Positions 46,383 through 62,000 of a stretch of DNA of 64,000 bases are shown piece by piece. The DNA comes from Isurus oxyrinchus (taxonomy: Eukaryota): positions 87,482,001 through 87,546,000 of the forward strand of contig JANJGN010000016.1 of assembly GCA_026770705.1 (NCBI GenBank), in the 5' to 3' direction. The position numbers and the translations under genes are program-made. The number at the start of each line of letters is the position of its first letter. The stretch's first letter is position 1. The notes under the pieces are model-generated. The model made no database searches, was not told the DNA's origin, and saw only the letters and a list, made by a program, of their open reading frames with translations.

Positions 46383-47340
46383 TAGGAATATAGGAACAGG
46401 AGGAGGCCATTCAGCCCCTCGAGCCTGTCCCACCATTCAATTAGATCATGGCTGATCTGTATCTTAACTCCATTTCTCCAGCTTGCCCCATAACCCTCAA
46501 TCCCCTTGTGTAAGAAAAACCTAACAAGCTCAGGTTTAACATTTTCATGTGACCGCCCTCTCCCAGCCCCAACAGCATTTTTTCTCAGGGGGAGAGAGTT
46601 CCAGATTTCCACTCCCCTTCCAGTGAAGAATTGCTTCCTGACATCACCCCTGAACGGCCGAGCTCGAATTTGAAGATTCTGCCCCCTCGTTCTCGACTGC
46701 CCCACCAGAGGACATGGTTTCTCTCCGTCTACACTAATCAGATTGAGTCTTTATTCATCTTAAACACCTCAATTAGATCTCAGTTCAAGACAATCCAAGC
46801 TGAGTTTATACAATCTGCCCCGATAACTTAACCCTTTTAACCCCGGGATCATTCAGGTGAATCTGAGCTGTGCCCTCTCCATGGTCAATATATCCTTCCT
46901 GAGGTGCGGTGCCCACAACTGATAAATATTGTGGAAAGCTGAGGCTCCAGCACAGATCCCTGGGGACATCACTATTCACATCTTGCTCATTGGAGCACAT
47001 ACACATTATCCCTACTCTCTGTCTCCTGCCTCCTAACCAGTTCCTCATCCATGGCAACAGGTTTCCTCAAATTCCATCTGCTTCCATTATTATTCACAGT
47101 CTCTCATGGGGAATCTTCCCTAATGTCTCCTGGAAATCAATATCAATAACAATCCATAGATTCTCCCTAATCTACCAGCTTAGTGACCACTTCAAAAATG
47201 TAACCAGGTTAGTTAAAGATGTCTGATCCTTTTTAAATCCATGCTGACTCTCTCTGATCAGTTCATATTTATCACTCACTCTGTCTCTAATAACAGGTTC
47301 CAGTCACTTCCCCATTACAGACATTAAACTGAGAGGTTAG
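46383..47340 (-). mobile_element. CR1 LINE 3' fragment
   Basis: ORF 46382-46705 (SRTRGQNL...FFTGRGVEIWNSLP...SHDLIEWWDRLEGLNGLLL) and ORF 46806-47057 (WLGGRRQRV). Confidence 0.85.
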
Positions 47341-47572
47341 TTCTGAATGATCTGAGTGCACAGCTAGCACAGACACAAGGGGCTGAATGGCCTCCTCCTG
47401 TGCTAGAGGCTTATCAGGCTCCTTGACTGAAACATATGGATGGGAACAGGAGGTGGGCTGGAGCTTAAACAATGAGTTAAATGTAGACAGAGTGTCATTA
47501 GTGGGTAATGTACAGTGTACATTGTGTCCATGAGCCTCTCGAAAAGATGTCTTTCTCTTTTTCCCTTTTCAG

Positions 47573-47663
47573 CTCCAGGCCTCTCATTAAGGAGCTGAAA
47601 GAATATTTAGTGAAGAAGTTTGCGGAGTGTGCGGGCTGTGTGAAGGATTTCGGCAGTGACTGA
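47573..47663 (+). other. Putative orphan terminal coding exon (SRPLIKELKEYLVKKFAECAGCVKDFGSD*), unidentified
   Basis: A 20-nt pure pyrimidine tract plus AG at 47571-47572, 29 open codons, TGA TGA, and ATTAAA at 47906-47911. Confidence 0.4.
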
Positions 47664-47944
47664 TGATTGCAGCTCCTTGTTCAGTCTGCTCCTCCCTCAC
47701 CACTGATCAAGACATGTAACCTCGTGTCACACTGAGTGAGATTACAATCAATATCATAGCGTCAGTCACAGAAAACAACAGCATCACAGTCTGAGAGACT
47801 GGGACAGATATCACTGCGTCACGTCAAAGAACAGAGCCCTGATCCCCTCCCACCATGCTCAGAAACCATAGAGCATCGAAAATATACTGACAAACACCCC
47901 CTTATATTAAACACTCACACCCAGAGAACATCTACAGAGGGACA

Positions 47945-48079
47945 NNNNNNNNNNNNNNNNNNNNNNNNNNNNNNNNNNNNNNNNNNNNNNNNNNNNNNNN
48001 NNNNNNNNNNNNNNNNNNNNNNNNNNNNNNNNNNNNNNNNNNNNNNNNNNNNNNNNNNNNNNNNNNNNNNNNNNNNNNN
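47945..48079. other. Assembly gap (135 N)
   Basis: Run of N. Confidence 1.
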
Positions 48080-48179
48080 AGGTATAGAGGGAGAGCGACA
48101 TAGAGTGTTTGTGACAGAGAGTGAGAGAGTGAGAGAAAGAGTAGGAGAGAGAGAGTGAGAGACAGGGATGGGTTATTGT

Positions 48180-48215
<36 letters not shown>

Positions 48216-48305
48216 GTGAGAGAGAGGGATGGGTTAGTGTGAGAGAGAGAGAGTGTGGGAGAGAGAGAGTGAGAGACAGGGATGGGTTAGTGTGAGAGAG
48301 AGAGA
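48080..48305. repeat. (GA)n-rich low-complexity repeat
   Basis: GA runs interleaved with three gggatgggttag/ttattg motifs. Confidence 0.85.
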
Positions 48306-48745
48306 CTCTGTGTCAGCTCCTGTACCTGCCTGAGTGAAGAAGTCTTATTAAAATTCTATCGGACCTCGGTGAGACCACACCTGGATTACTGTGTACAGAT
48401 TGACAGGGTAGACAGTGACAGGGTGAGACTGGCATCTTCCCTCACTGAGTCCCTTGTGTTTTCTATCAATCCAGCAGGATTTATGGACAATTTCTGCAGC
48501 CAGAAAACAAATGATCAGATTTATCCAATTCCATTTCACTAATTCACATCCTGGGATTTGAACTCATCCCCTCTGGGTTTCTGGCTCAATCCCATTCCCT
48601 ACAGGGAAGAAGTGGTGGTGTGGATTGAGAGAGGCTGCAAGGCAGGGAGCAAGGGGACTGCATTAACCAGGGATCCACAGAGCAACAGGTTAGTCTGCAC
48701 CAAACTGCAGCACAGGTGGTGAGAATGGACAGTAACCTCGTTCCA

Positions 48746-49365
48746 CCTGATCTCCATCCCTCCCTCTGAGTGTCCGACCTTCCTCTCAGATACACACCTC
48801 CCTGATCTCCATCCTTCCCTCTGAGTGTCCGACCTTCCTCTCAGATACACACCTCCCTGATCTCCATCCCTCCATGTGAGTGTCCCACCTTCCCCTCAGA
48901 TACACACCTCCCTGATCTCCATCCCTCCCTCTGAGTGTCCGACCTTCCTCTCAGTTACACACCTCCCTGATCTCCATCCCTCCCTCTGAGTGTCCAACCT
49001 TCCTCTCAGATACACACCTCCCTGATCTCCATCCCTCCCTCTGAGTGTCCGACCTTCCTCTCAGATACACACCTCCCTGATCTCCATCCCTCCCTCTGAG
49101 TGTCCCACCTTCCTCTCAGATACACACCTCCCTGATCTCCATCCCTCCCTCTGAGTGTCCGATCTTCCTCTCAGTTACACACCTCCCTGATCTCTATCCC
49201 TCCCTCTGAGTGTCCGAACTTCCTCTCAGATATACACCTCCCTGATTTCCATCCCTCCCTCTGAGTGTCCAACCTTCCTCTCAGATACACACCTCCCTGA
49301 TCTCAAACCCTCCTTATGAGTGTCTGACCTTCCTCTCAGATACACAGCTCTCTGATCTCCATCCG
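48746..49365. repeat. 55-bp minisatellite, ~11 copies, followed by a decayed CT-rich tail to ~49510
   Basis: Unit cctgatctccatccctccctctgagtgtccgaccttcctctcagatacacacctc. Confidence 0.92.
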
Positions 49366-50013
49366 TGTAACTATCTGACCTCCATCCCTATCTCTATCTG
49401 ACCTCTATCCCTCTCTCTCTCTGACCTCAATCACTTCTCTATTTGACGTCCACCCCTCCCTCTAATTAACCTCCATCCCTCTCTCTATCTATCCTCCATC
49501 CCTCTCTCTAGTTTAGATGCTGACGCTCAGATCTGACACAATTACAGTTAATCCCGTTATGAACAGTGTCGGCCTATTTGGAATGTCAGTTTGATGAAGT
49601 CAGTTTGAGCCATTACTCCAAGGACATCACAGATGGTTTGTACATAGGGTAACCCACAAACCAGAGAATTGTGTCAGTAAACACAGAGAGAATGAAAGAT
49701 ACAATTAAAACTTTATTAATATGGTTATCAGAGCTGTGTCACGATATAGTTAAAATGTTAGTGATGATATATCCTGCTGAGTAATATATAGAGAAGCCTG
49801 TGTAATAAATAATATATATCATTTCATGTTACATTATTTATTACAATAATATATTACAATTATATATTGTCTATATACAGTAATATATGCAGATCAGATA
49901 ATTGTGCCAATGTATAAAGATCTAAAAAATGCAACAATAAAAGTTTTGGAATATGATGTTCAGCAAAATGTCATTTTTATAGTTTAACAATGGTTACTTA
50001 TTGGTGAAGATTT

Positions 50014-53000
50014 ACTTCACAATCCAGTCTATGTACTCAGGTAATTCACACTTCACAATCCAGTCTGTGTACTCAAGTAAAGCACACTTCACAATCCAGT
50101 CTTTGTACTCAAGTACATCACACTTCACAATCCAGTCTGTGTACTCAAGTACATCACACTTCACAATCCAGTCTGTGTACTCAAGTACATCACACTTCAC
50201 AATCCAGTCTTTGTACTCAAGTACATCACACTTCACAATCCAGTCTGTGTACTCAGGTACATCACACTTCACAATCCAGTCTGTGTACACAGGTACATCA
50301 CACTTCACAATCCAGTCAGCGCACTTAAGTACATCACACTTCACAATCCAGTCTGTGTACTCAGGTACATCACACTTCACAATCCAGTCTGTGTACACAG
50401 GTACAACACACTTCACAATCCAGTCTGTGTACTCAGGTAAATCACACTTCACAATCCAGTCTGTGTACTCAGGTACATCACACTTCACAATCCAGTCTAT
50501 GTACTCAGGTAAAGCACACTTCACAATCCAGTTGGTGTACTCAGGTAAATCACACTTCACAATCCAGGCTGTGTACTCAGGTACATCACATTTCACAATC
50601 CAGTCTGTGTGCTCAGGTACATCACATTTCACAATCCAGTCTGTGTACTCAGGTACATCACACTTCACAATCCACTCTGTGTACTAAGATACATCACATT
50701 TCACAATCCAGTCTGGGTACTCAGGTACACCACACTTCACAATCCTGTCTGTGTACTCAGGCACATCACACTTCACAATCCAGTCTGTGAACCCAGGTAC
50801 ATCACACTTCACAATCCACTCTGTGTACTAAGATACATCACATTTCACAATCCAGTCTGTGTACTCAGGTACACCACACTTCACAATCCTGTCTGTGTAC
50901 TCAGGCACATCACACTTCACAATCCAGTCTGTGTACACAGGTACAACACACTTCACAATCCAGAATGCGTACTCAGGTACATCACACTTCACAATCCAGT
51001 CTGTGTACTCAGTTATATCACACTTCACAATCCAGTCAGTGTATTCAGATACATCACAATTCACAATTCAGTCTGTGTACTCAGGTACATCACACTTCAC
51101 AATCCAGTGTGTGTACTCAGGTACATCACGCTTCACAATCCAGTCTGTGTATTCAGGTACATCACACTTCACAATCCAGTCTGTGTACTCAGGTACATCA
51201 CACTTCACAATCCATTCTGTCTACTCAGTTACATCACACCTCACAATCCAGTGTGTGTACTCAGGTACATCACGCTTCACAATCCAGTCTGTGTATTCAG
51301 GTACATCACACTTCACAATCCAGTCTGTGTACTCAGGTACATCACACTTCACAATCCATTCTGTCTACTCAGTTACATCACACTTCACAATCCAGTCTGT
51401 GTAGTCAGGTACATCACACTTCACAATCCAGTCTGTATACTCAGGTACATCACATTTCACAATCCAGTCTGTGTACTCAGGTACATCACATTTCACAATC
51501 CAGTCTGTGTACTCAGGTACACCACACTTCACAATCCAGTCTGTGTACTCAGGTATATCACACTTCACAATCCAGTCTGTGTACTCAGGTACATCACACT
51601 TCACAATCCAGTGTGTGTACTCAGGTGCAGCACGCTTCACAATCCAGTCTGTGTATTCAGGTACACCACACTTCACAATCCAGTCTGTGTACTCAGGTGC
51701 ATCACGCTTCACAATCCAGTCTGTGTATTCAGGTACATCACAATTCACAATCCAGTCTGTGTACTCAGGTACATCAGACTTCACAATCCAGACTGTGTAC
51801 TCAGGTATGTAACACTTCACAATCCAGTCTGTGTACTCAGGTACATCACACTTCACAATCCAGTCTGTGTACTCAGGTACATCACACTTAACAATCCAGT
51901 CTGTGTACTCAGGTACATCACACTTCACAATCCAGTCTGTGTACTCAGGTACATCACACCTCACAATCCAGTCTGTGTACTCAGGTACATCACATTCACA
52001 ATCCAGTGTCTGTACTCAGGTACATCACACTTCACAATCCAGTCAGTGTACTCAGGTACATCACACTTCACAATCCAGTCTGTGTACTCAGGTACATCAC
52101 ACTTCACAATCCAGTCTGTGTACTCAGGTACATCACACTTTACAATCCAGTCTGTGTACTCAGGTACATCACACTTCACAATCCAGTCTGTGTACTCAGG
52201 TACATCACACTTCACAATCCAGTCTGTGTACTCAGGTACATCACACTTCACAATCCAGTCTGTATACTCAGGAACACCACACTTCACAATCCAGTCTGTG
52301 TACTCAGGTACACCACACTTCGCAATCCAGTCTGTGTACTCAGGTACATCACACTTCACAGTCCAGTCTGTGTACTCAGATACACCAAACTTCACAATCC
52401 AGTGTGTGTAATCAGGTACATCACAATTCACAATCCAGTCTGTGTACACAGGTACATCACACTTCAAAATACAGTCTGTGTACTCAGGTACATCACACTT
52501 CACAATCCAGTCTGTATACTCAGGTACATCACACTTCACAATCCAGTCTGTGTACTCAGGTACATCACACTTCACAATCCAGTCTGTGCACTCAGTTACA
52601 TCACATTTCACAATCCAGTCTGTGTACTCACGTACATCATACTTCAAAATCCAGTCTGTGTACTCAGGTACATCACACTTCACAATCCAGTCTGTGTACT
52701 CAGGTACATCACACTTCACAATCCAGTCTGTGTACTCAGGTACATCACACTTCACAATCCAGTCTGTGTACTCAGGTACATCACACTTCACAATCCATTC
52801 TGTCTACTCAGTTACATCACACTTCACAATCCAGTCTGTGTATTCAGGTGCATCACACTTCACAATCCAGTCTGTGTACTCAGGTACATCACACTTCACA
52901 GTCCAGTCTGTGCACTCAGATACACCAAACTTCACAATCCAGTGTGTGTACTCAGGTACATCACGCTTCACAATCCAGTCTGTGTACTCAGGTACATCAC

Positions 53001-56000
53001 ACTTCAAAATCCAGACTGTGTACTCAGGTACATCACGCTTCACAATCCAGTCTGTGTACTCAGGTACATCACACTTCACAATCCAGTCTGTATACTCATA
53101 TACATCACACTTAACAATCCAGTCTGTGAACTCAATTACATCACATTTCACAATCCAGTCTGTTTACTCACGTACATCACACTTCAAAATCCAGTCTGTG
53201 TACTCAGGTACATCACACTTCACAATCAATTCTGTCTACTCAGTTACATCACACTTCACAATCCAGTCTGTATACTCAGCAACACCACACTACACAATCC
53301 AGTCTGTGTACTCAGGTACACCACACTTCACAATCCAGTCTGTGTACTCAGGTACATCACACTTTGCAATCCAGTCTGTGCACTCAGGTACACCACACGT
53401 CACAATCCAGTGTGTGTACTCAGGTACATCACGCTTCACAATCCAGTCTGTGTATTCAGGTACATCACAATTCACAATCCAGTCTGTGTACTCAGGTACA
53501 TCACACTTCACAATCCAGTCTGTGTACTCAGGTACATCACACTTCACAATCCAGTCTGTGTACTCAGGTACATCACATTTCACAATCCAGTCTGTGTACT
53601 CAGGTACATCACACTTCACAATCCAGTCTGTGAACTCAGTTACATCACACTTCACAATCCAGACTGTGTACTCAGTTACATCACACTTCACAATCCAGTC
53701 TGTGTACTCAGGTACATCACACTTCACAATCCAGTCTGTGTACTCAGGTACATCACACTTCACAATCCACTCTGAGTACTCAGGTACATCACACTTCACA
53801 ATCCAGTCTGTGTACTCAGTTATATCACACCTCAGAATCCAGTCTGTGTACTCAAATACATCACAGTTCACAGTCCAGTCAGTGTATTCAGATACATCAC
53901 AATTCACAATTCAGTCTGTGTACCCAGGAACATCACACTTCACAATCCAGTGTGTGTACTCAGGTACATCACACTTCACAATCCAGTCTGTGTACTGAGG
54001 TACATCACACTTCACAATCCTGTCTGTGTACTCAGGTACATCATATTTCACAATCCAGTCTGTGTAATCAGGTACATCACACTTCACAATCCAGTCTGTG
54101 TACTCAGGTACATCACACTTAACAATCCAGTCTGTGTACTCAGGTTCATCATACTTCACAATCCAGTCTGTGTACTCAGGTACATCACACTTCACAATCC
54201 AGTCTGTGTACTCAGGTACATCACACTTCACAATCGAGTGTCTGTACTCAGGTACATCACACTTCACAATCCAGTCAGTGTACTCAGGTACATCACACTT
54301 CACAATCCAGTCTGTGTACTCAGGTACACCACACATCACAATCCACACTGTGTACTCAGGAACATCACACTTCACAATCCAGTCTGTGTACTCAGGTACA
54401 TCACACTTTACAATCCAGTCTGTGTACTCAGGTACATCACACTTCACAATCCAGTCTGTATACTCAGGAACACCTCACTTCACAATCCAGTCTGAGTACT
54501 CAGGTACACCACACTTCGCAATCCAGTCTGTGTACTCAGGTACATCACACTTTGCAATCCAGTCTGTGTACTCAGGTACACCACACTTCACAATCCAGTG
54601 TGTGTACTCAGGTACATCACGCTTCACAATCCAGTCTGTGTATTCAGGTACATCACAATTCACAATCCAGTCTGTGTACTCACGTACATCACACTTCAAA
54701 ATCCAGTCTGTGTACTCAGGTACATCACACTTCACAATCAATTCTGTCTACTCAGTTACATCACACTTCACAATCCAGTCTGTGTACTCAGGAACACCAC
54801 ACTTCACAATCCAGTCTGTGTACTCAGGTACACCACACTTCACAATCCAGTCTGTGTACTCAGGTACATCACACTTTGCAATACAGTCTGTGTACTCAGG
54901 TACACCTCACTTCACAATCCAGTGTGTGTACTCAGGTACATCACGCTTCACAATCCAGTCTGTGTATACAGGTTCATCACAATTCACAATCCAGTCTGTG
55001 TACTCAGGTACATCACACTTCACAATCCAGTCTGTGTACTCAGGTACACCACACTTCACAATCCAGTCTATGTACTCAGGTACATCACACTTCACAATCC
55101 AGTCTGTGAACTCAGTTACATCACATTTCACAATCCAGTCTGTGTACTCACGTACATCACACTTCAAAATCCATTCTGTGTACTCAGGTACACCACACTT
55201 CACAATCAATTCTGTCTACTCAGTTACATCACACTTCACAATCCAGTCTGTGTACTCAGGTTCATCACACTTCACAATCCAGTCTGTATACTCAGGTACA
55301 TCACACTTCACAATCCAGTCTGTGTACTCAGGTACATCACACTTCACAATCCATTCTGTGTGCTCAGGTATATTACACTTCACAATCCTGTCTGTGTACT
55401 CAGGTATATTAAACTTCACAATCCAGTCTGTGTACTAAGGTACATCACACTTAACAATCCAGTCTGTGTACTCAGGTACATCACACTTCACAATCCAGTC
55501 TGTGTGCTCAGGTACATCACACTTCACAATCCAGTCTGTGCACTCAGGTACATCACACTTCACAATCCAGTGTCTGTACTCAGGTACATCACACTTCACA
55601 ATCCAGTCAGTGTACTCAGGTACATCACACTTCACAATCCAGTCTGTATACTCAGGTACATCACATTTCACAATCCAGTCTGTGTACTCAGGTACATCAC
55701 ATTTCACAATCCAGTCTGTGTACTCAGGTACACCACACTTCACAATCCAGTCTGTGTACTCAGGTACATCACACTTCACAATCCAGTCTGTGTACTCAGG
55801 TACACCACACTTCACAATCCAGTCTCTGTACTCAGGTACATCACACTTCACAATCCAGTCTGTGAACTCAGTTACATCACATTTCACAATCCAGTCTGTG
55901 TACTCACGTACATCACACTTCAAAATCCAGTCTGTGTACTCAGGTACACCACACTTCTCAATCAATTCTGTCTACTCAGTTACATCACACTTCACAATCC

Positions 56001-59000
56001 AGTCTGTGTACTCAGGTACATCACACTTCACAATCCTGTCTGTGTACTCAAGTATATTACACTTCACAATCCAGTCTGTGTACTCAGGTACATCACACTT
56101 AACAATCCAGTCTGTGTACTCAGGTACATCACACTTCACAATCCAGTCTGTGAACTCAGTTACATCACGTTTCACAATTCAGTCTGTGTACTCAGGTACA
56201 CCACACATAACAATCCACTCTGTGTACTCAGGTACATCACACTTCACAATCCAGTCTGTGTACTCAGGTACATCACACTTTACAATCCAGTCTGTGTACT
56301 CAGGTACATCACACTTCACAATCCAGTCTGTATACTCAGGAACACCACACTTCACAATCCAGTCTGTGTACTCAGGTACACCACACTTCGCAATCCAGTC
56401 TGTGTACTCAGGTACATCACACTTTGCAATCCAGTCTGTGTACTCAGGTACACCACACTTCACAATCCAGTCTGTGCACTCAGGTACATCACGCTTCACA
56501 ATCCAGTCTGTGTATTCAGGTACATCACAATTCACAATCCAGTCTGGGTACTCAGGTACATCACACTTCACAATCCAGTCTGTGTACTCAAGTACATCAC
56601 ACTTCACAATCCAGTCTGTATACTCAGATACATCACACTCCACAATCCAGTGTGTGTTCTCAGGTACATCACGCTTCACAATCCAGTCTGTGTATTCAGG
56701 TACATCACAATTCACAATCCAGTCTGTGTACTCAGGTACATCACACTTCACAATCCAGTCTGTGTACTCAGGTACACCACACTTCACAATCCAGTCTGTG
56801 TACTCAGGTACATCACACTTCACAATCCAGTCTGTGAACTCAGTTAAATCACATTTCACAATCCAGTCTGTGTACTCACGTACATCACACTTCAAAATCC
56901 AGTCTGTGTACTCAGTTACATCACACTTCACAATCCAGTCTGTGTACTCAGGTACATCACACTTCACAATCCAGTCTGTGTACTCAGTTACATCACACTT
57001 CACAATCCATTCTGTGTACTCAGGTACATCACACTTCACAATCCATTCTGTGTACGCAGGTATATTACACTTCACAATCCAGTCTGTGTTCTCAGGTACA
57101 TCACACTTCACAATCCATTCTGTGTACTCAGGTATATTACACTTCACAATCCTGTCTGTGTACTCAGGTATATTACACTTCACAATCCAGTCTGTGTACT
57201 CAGGTACATCACACTTCACAATCCAGTCTGTATACTCATATACATCACACTTCACAATCCAGTCTGTGAACTCAGTTACATCACATTTCACAATCCAGTC
57301 TGTGTACTCACGTACATCACACTTCAAAATCCAGTCTGTGTACTCAGGTACATCACACTTCACAATCAATTCTGTCTTCTCAGTTACATCACACTTCACA
57401 ATCCAATCTGTATACTCAGGTACACCACACTTCACAATCCAGGCTGTGTACTCAGGTACACCACATTTCACAATCCAGTCTGTGTACTCAGGTACATCAC
57501 ACTTCGCAATCCAGTCTGTGTACTCAGGTACACCACACTTCACAATCCAGTGTGTGTACTCAGGTACATCACACTTCACAATCCAGTCTGTGTACTCAGG
57601 TACATCACACTTCACAATACAGTGTGTGTACTCAGGTACATTACACTTCACAATCCAGTCTGTGTACTCAGGTACATCACACTTCACAATCCAGTCTGTG
57701 TACTCAGGTACATTACACTTCACAATCCAGTGTGTGTACTCAGGTACATCACACTTCACAATCCAGTCTGTGTACTCAGGCACATTAAACTTCACAATCC
57801 AGTCTGTGTACTCAGGTACATCACGCTTCACAATCCAGTCTGTGTACTCGGGTACATCACACTTAACAATCCAGTCTGTGTACTCAGGTACATCACACTT
57901 CACAATCCAGTCTGTGTACTCAGGTACATCACATTTCACAATCCAGTCTGTGTACTCAGGTACATCACAGTTCACAATCCAGTCTGTGAACTCAGTTACA
58001 TCACACTTCACAATCCAGACTGTGTACTCAGTTACATCACACTTCACAATTCAGTCTGTGTACTCAGGTACATCACACTTCACAATCCAGTCTGTGTACT
58101 CAGGTACATCACACGTCACAATCCACTCTGAGTACTCAGGTACATCACACTTCAAAATCCAGTCCGTGTACTCAGTTATATCACACCTCAGAATCCAGTC
58201 TGTGTACTCAAATACATCACAGTTCACAGTCCAGGCAGTGTATTCAGATACATTACAATTCACAATTCAGTCTGTGTACCCAGGTACATTACACTTCACA
58301 ATCCAGTCTGTGTGCTCAGGTACATCACACTTCACAATCCAGTCTGTGTACTAAGGTACATCACACTTCACAATCCAGTGTGTGTACTCAGGTACATCAC
58401 GCTTCACAATCCAGTCTGTGTATTCAGGTACATCACAATTCACAATCCAGTCTGTGTACTAAGGTACATCACACTTAACAATCCAGTCTGTGTACTCAGG
58501 TACATCACACTTCACAATCCAGTCTGTGTGCTCAGGTACATCACACTTCACAATCCAGTCTGTGTACTCAGGTACATCACATTTCACAATCCAGTCTGTG
58601 TACTCAGGTACATCACATTTCACAATCCAGTCTGTGTACTCAGGTACACCACACTTCACAATCCAGTCTGTGTACTCAGGTACATCACACTTCACAATCC
58701 AGTCTGTGTACTCAGGTACACCACACTTCACAATCCAGTCTCTGTACTCAGGTACATCACACTTCACAATCCAGTCTGTGAACTCAGTTACATCACATTT
58801 CACAATCCAGTCTGTGTACTCACGTACATCACACTTCAAAATCCAGTCTGTGTACTCAGGTACACCACACTTCACAATCAATTCTGTCTACTCAGTTACA
58901 TCACACTTCACAATCCACTCTGTGTACTCAGGTACATCACACTTCACAATCCAGTCTGTGTACTCAGGTACATCACACTTCACAATCCATTCTGTGTACT

Positions 59001-62000
59001 CAGGTATATTACACTTCACAATCCTGTCTGTGTACTCAGGTATATTACACTTCACAATCCAGTCTGTGTACTCAGGTACATCACACTTAACAATCCAGTC
59101 TGTGTACTCAGGTACATCACACTTCACAATCCAGTCTGTATAGTCATATACATCACACTTCACAATCCTGTCTGTGAACTCAGTTACATCACATTTCACA
59201 ATCCAGTCTGTGTACTCACGTACATCACACTTCAAAATCCAGTCTGTGTACTCAGTTACATCACACTTCACAATCAATTCTGTCTACTCAGTTACATCAC
59301 ACTTCACAATCCAGTCTGTATACTCAGGAACACCACACTTCAAAATCCAGTCTGTGTACTCAGGTACACCACATTTCACAATCCAGTCTGTGTACTCAGG
59401 AACATCACACTTTGCAATCCAGTCTGTGTACTAAGGTACACCACACTTCACAATCCAGTGTGTGTACTCAGGTACATCACACTTCACAATCCAGTCTGTA
59501 TACTCAGGTACATCACACTTCACAAACTCAGTCTGTGTACTCAGGTACATCACACTTCACAATCCATTCTGTGTACTGAGGTATATTACACTTCACAATC
59601 CTGTCTGTGTACTCAGGTATATTACACTTCACAATCCAGTCTGTGTACTAAGGTACATCACACTTAACAATCCAGTCTGTGTACTCAGGTACATCACACT
59701 TCACAATCCAGTCTGTGTGCTCAGGTACATCACACTTCACAATCCAGTGTCTGTACTCAGGTACATCACACTTCACAATCCAGTCAGTGTACTCAGGTAC
59801 ATCACACTTCACAATCCAGTCTGTATAATCAGGTACATCACATTTCACAATCCAGTCTGTGTACTCAGGTACATCACATTTCACAATCCAGTCTGTGTAC
59901 TCAGGTACACCACACTTCACAATCCAGTTTGTGTACTCAGGTACATCACACTTCACAATCCAGTCTGTGTACTCAGGTACACCACACTTCACAATCCAGT
60001 CTCTGTACTCAGGTACATCACACTTCACAATCCAGTCTGTGAACTCAGTTACATCACATTTCACAATCCAGTCTGTGTACTCACGTACATCACACTTCAA
60101 AATCCAGTCTGTGTACTCAGGTACACCACACTTCACAATCAATTCTGTCTACTCAGTTACATCACACTTCACAATCCAGTCTGTGTACTCAGGTACATCA
60201 CACTTCACAATCCAGTCTGTGTACTCAGGTGCATCACACTTCACAATCCATTCTGTGTACTCAGGTATATTACACTTCACAATCCTGTCTGTGTACTCAG
60301 GTATATTACACTTCACAATGCAGTCTGTGTACTCAGGTACATCACACTTAACAATCCAGTCTGTGTACTCAGGTACATCACACTTCACAATCCAGTCTGT
60401 ATACTCATATACATCACACTTCACAATCCAGTCTGTGAACTCAGTTACATCACATTTCACAATCCAGTCTGTGTACTCACGTACATCACACTTCAAAATC
60501 CAGTCTGTGTACTCAGGTACATCACACTTCACAATCAATTCTGTCTTCTCAGTTACATCACACTTCACAATCCAGTCTGTATACTCAGGTACACCACACA
60601 TCACAATCCAGGCTGTGTACTCAGGTACACCACATTTCACAATCCAGTCTGTGTACTCAGGTACATCACACTTTGCAATCCAGTCTGTGTACTCAGGTAC
60701 ACCACACTTCACAATCCAGTGTGTGTACTCAGGTACATCACACTTCACAATCCAGTCTGTGTACTCAGGTACATCACACTTCACAATACAGTGTGTGTAC
60801 TCAGGTACATTACACTTCACAATCCTGTCTGTGTACTCAGGTACATCACACTTCACAATCCAGTCTGTGTACTCAGGTACATTACACTTCACAATCCAGT
60901 GTGTGTACTCAGGTACATCACACTTCACAATCCAGTCTGTGTACTCAGGCACATTAAACTTCACAATCCACTCTGTGTACTCAGGTACATCACGCTTCAC
61001 AATCCAGTCTGTGTACTCGGGTACATCACACTTAACAATCCAGTCTGTGTACTCAGGTACATCACACTTCACAATCCAGTCTGTGTACTCAGGTACATCA
61101 CATTTCACAATCCAGTCTGTGTACTCAGGTACATCACACTTCACAATCCAGTCTGTGAACTCAGTTACATCACACTTCACAATCCAGACTGTGTACTCAG
61201 TTACATCACACTTCACAATTCAGTCTGTGTACTCAGGTACATCACACTTCACAATCCAGTCTGTGTACTCAGGTACATCACACGTCACAATCCACTCTGT
61301 GTACTCAGGTACATCACACTTCACAATCCAGTCCGTGTACTCAGTTATATCACACCTCAGAATCCAGTCTGTGTACTCAAATACATCACAGTTCACAGTC
61401 CAGTCAGTGTATTCAGATACATTACAATTCACAATTCAGTCTGTGTACCCAGGTACATTACACTTCACAATCCAGTCTGTGTACTCAGGTACATCACACT
61501 TCACAATCCAGTCTGTGTACTCAGGTACATCACACTTCACAATCCAGTGTGTGTACTCAGGTAAATCACGCTTCACAATCCAGTCTGTGTATTCAGGTAC
61601 ATCACAATTCACAATCCAGTCTGTGTACTAAGGTACATCACACTTAACAATCCAGTCTGTGTTCTCAGGTACATCAAACTTCACAATCCAGTCTGTGTGC
61701 TCAGGTACATCAGACTTCACAATCCAGTCTGTGTACTCAGGTACATCACACTTCACAATCCAGTGTCTGTACTCAGGTACATCACACTTCACAATCCAGT
61801 CAGTGTACTCAGGTACATCACACTTCACAATCCAGTCTGTATACTCAGGTACATCACATTTCACAATCCACTCTGTGTACTCAGGTACATCACATTTCAC
61901 AATCCAGTCTGTGTACTCAGGTACACCACACTTTACAATCCAGTCTGTGTACTCAGGTACATCACACTTCACAATCCAGTCTGTATACTCAGGAACACCA

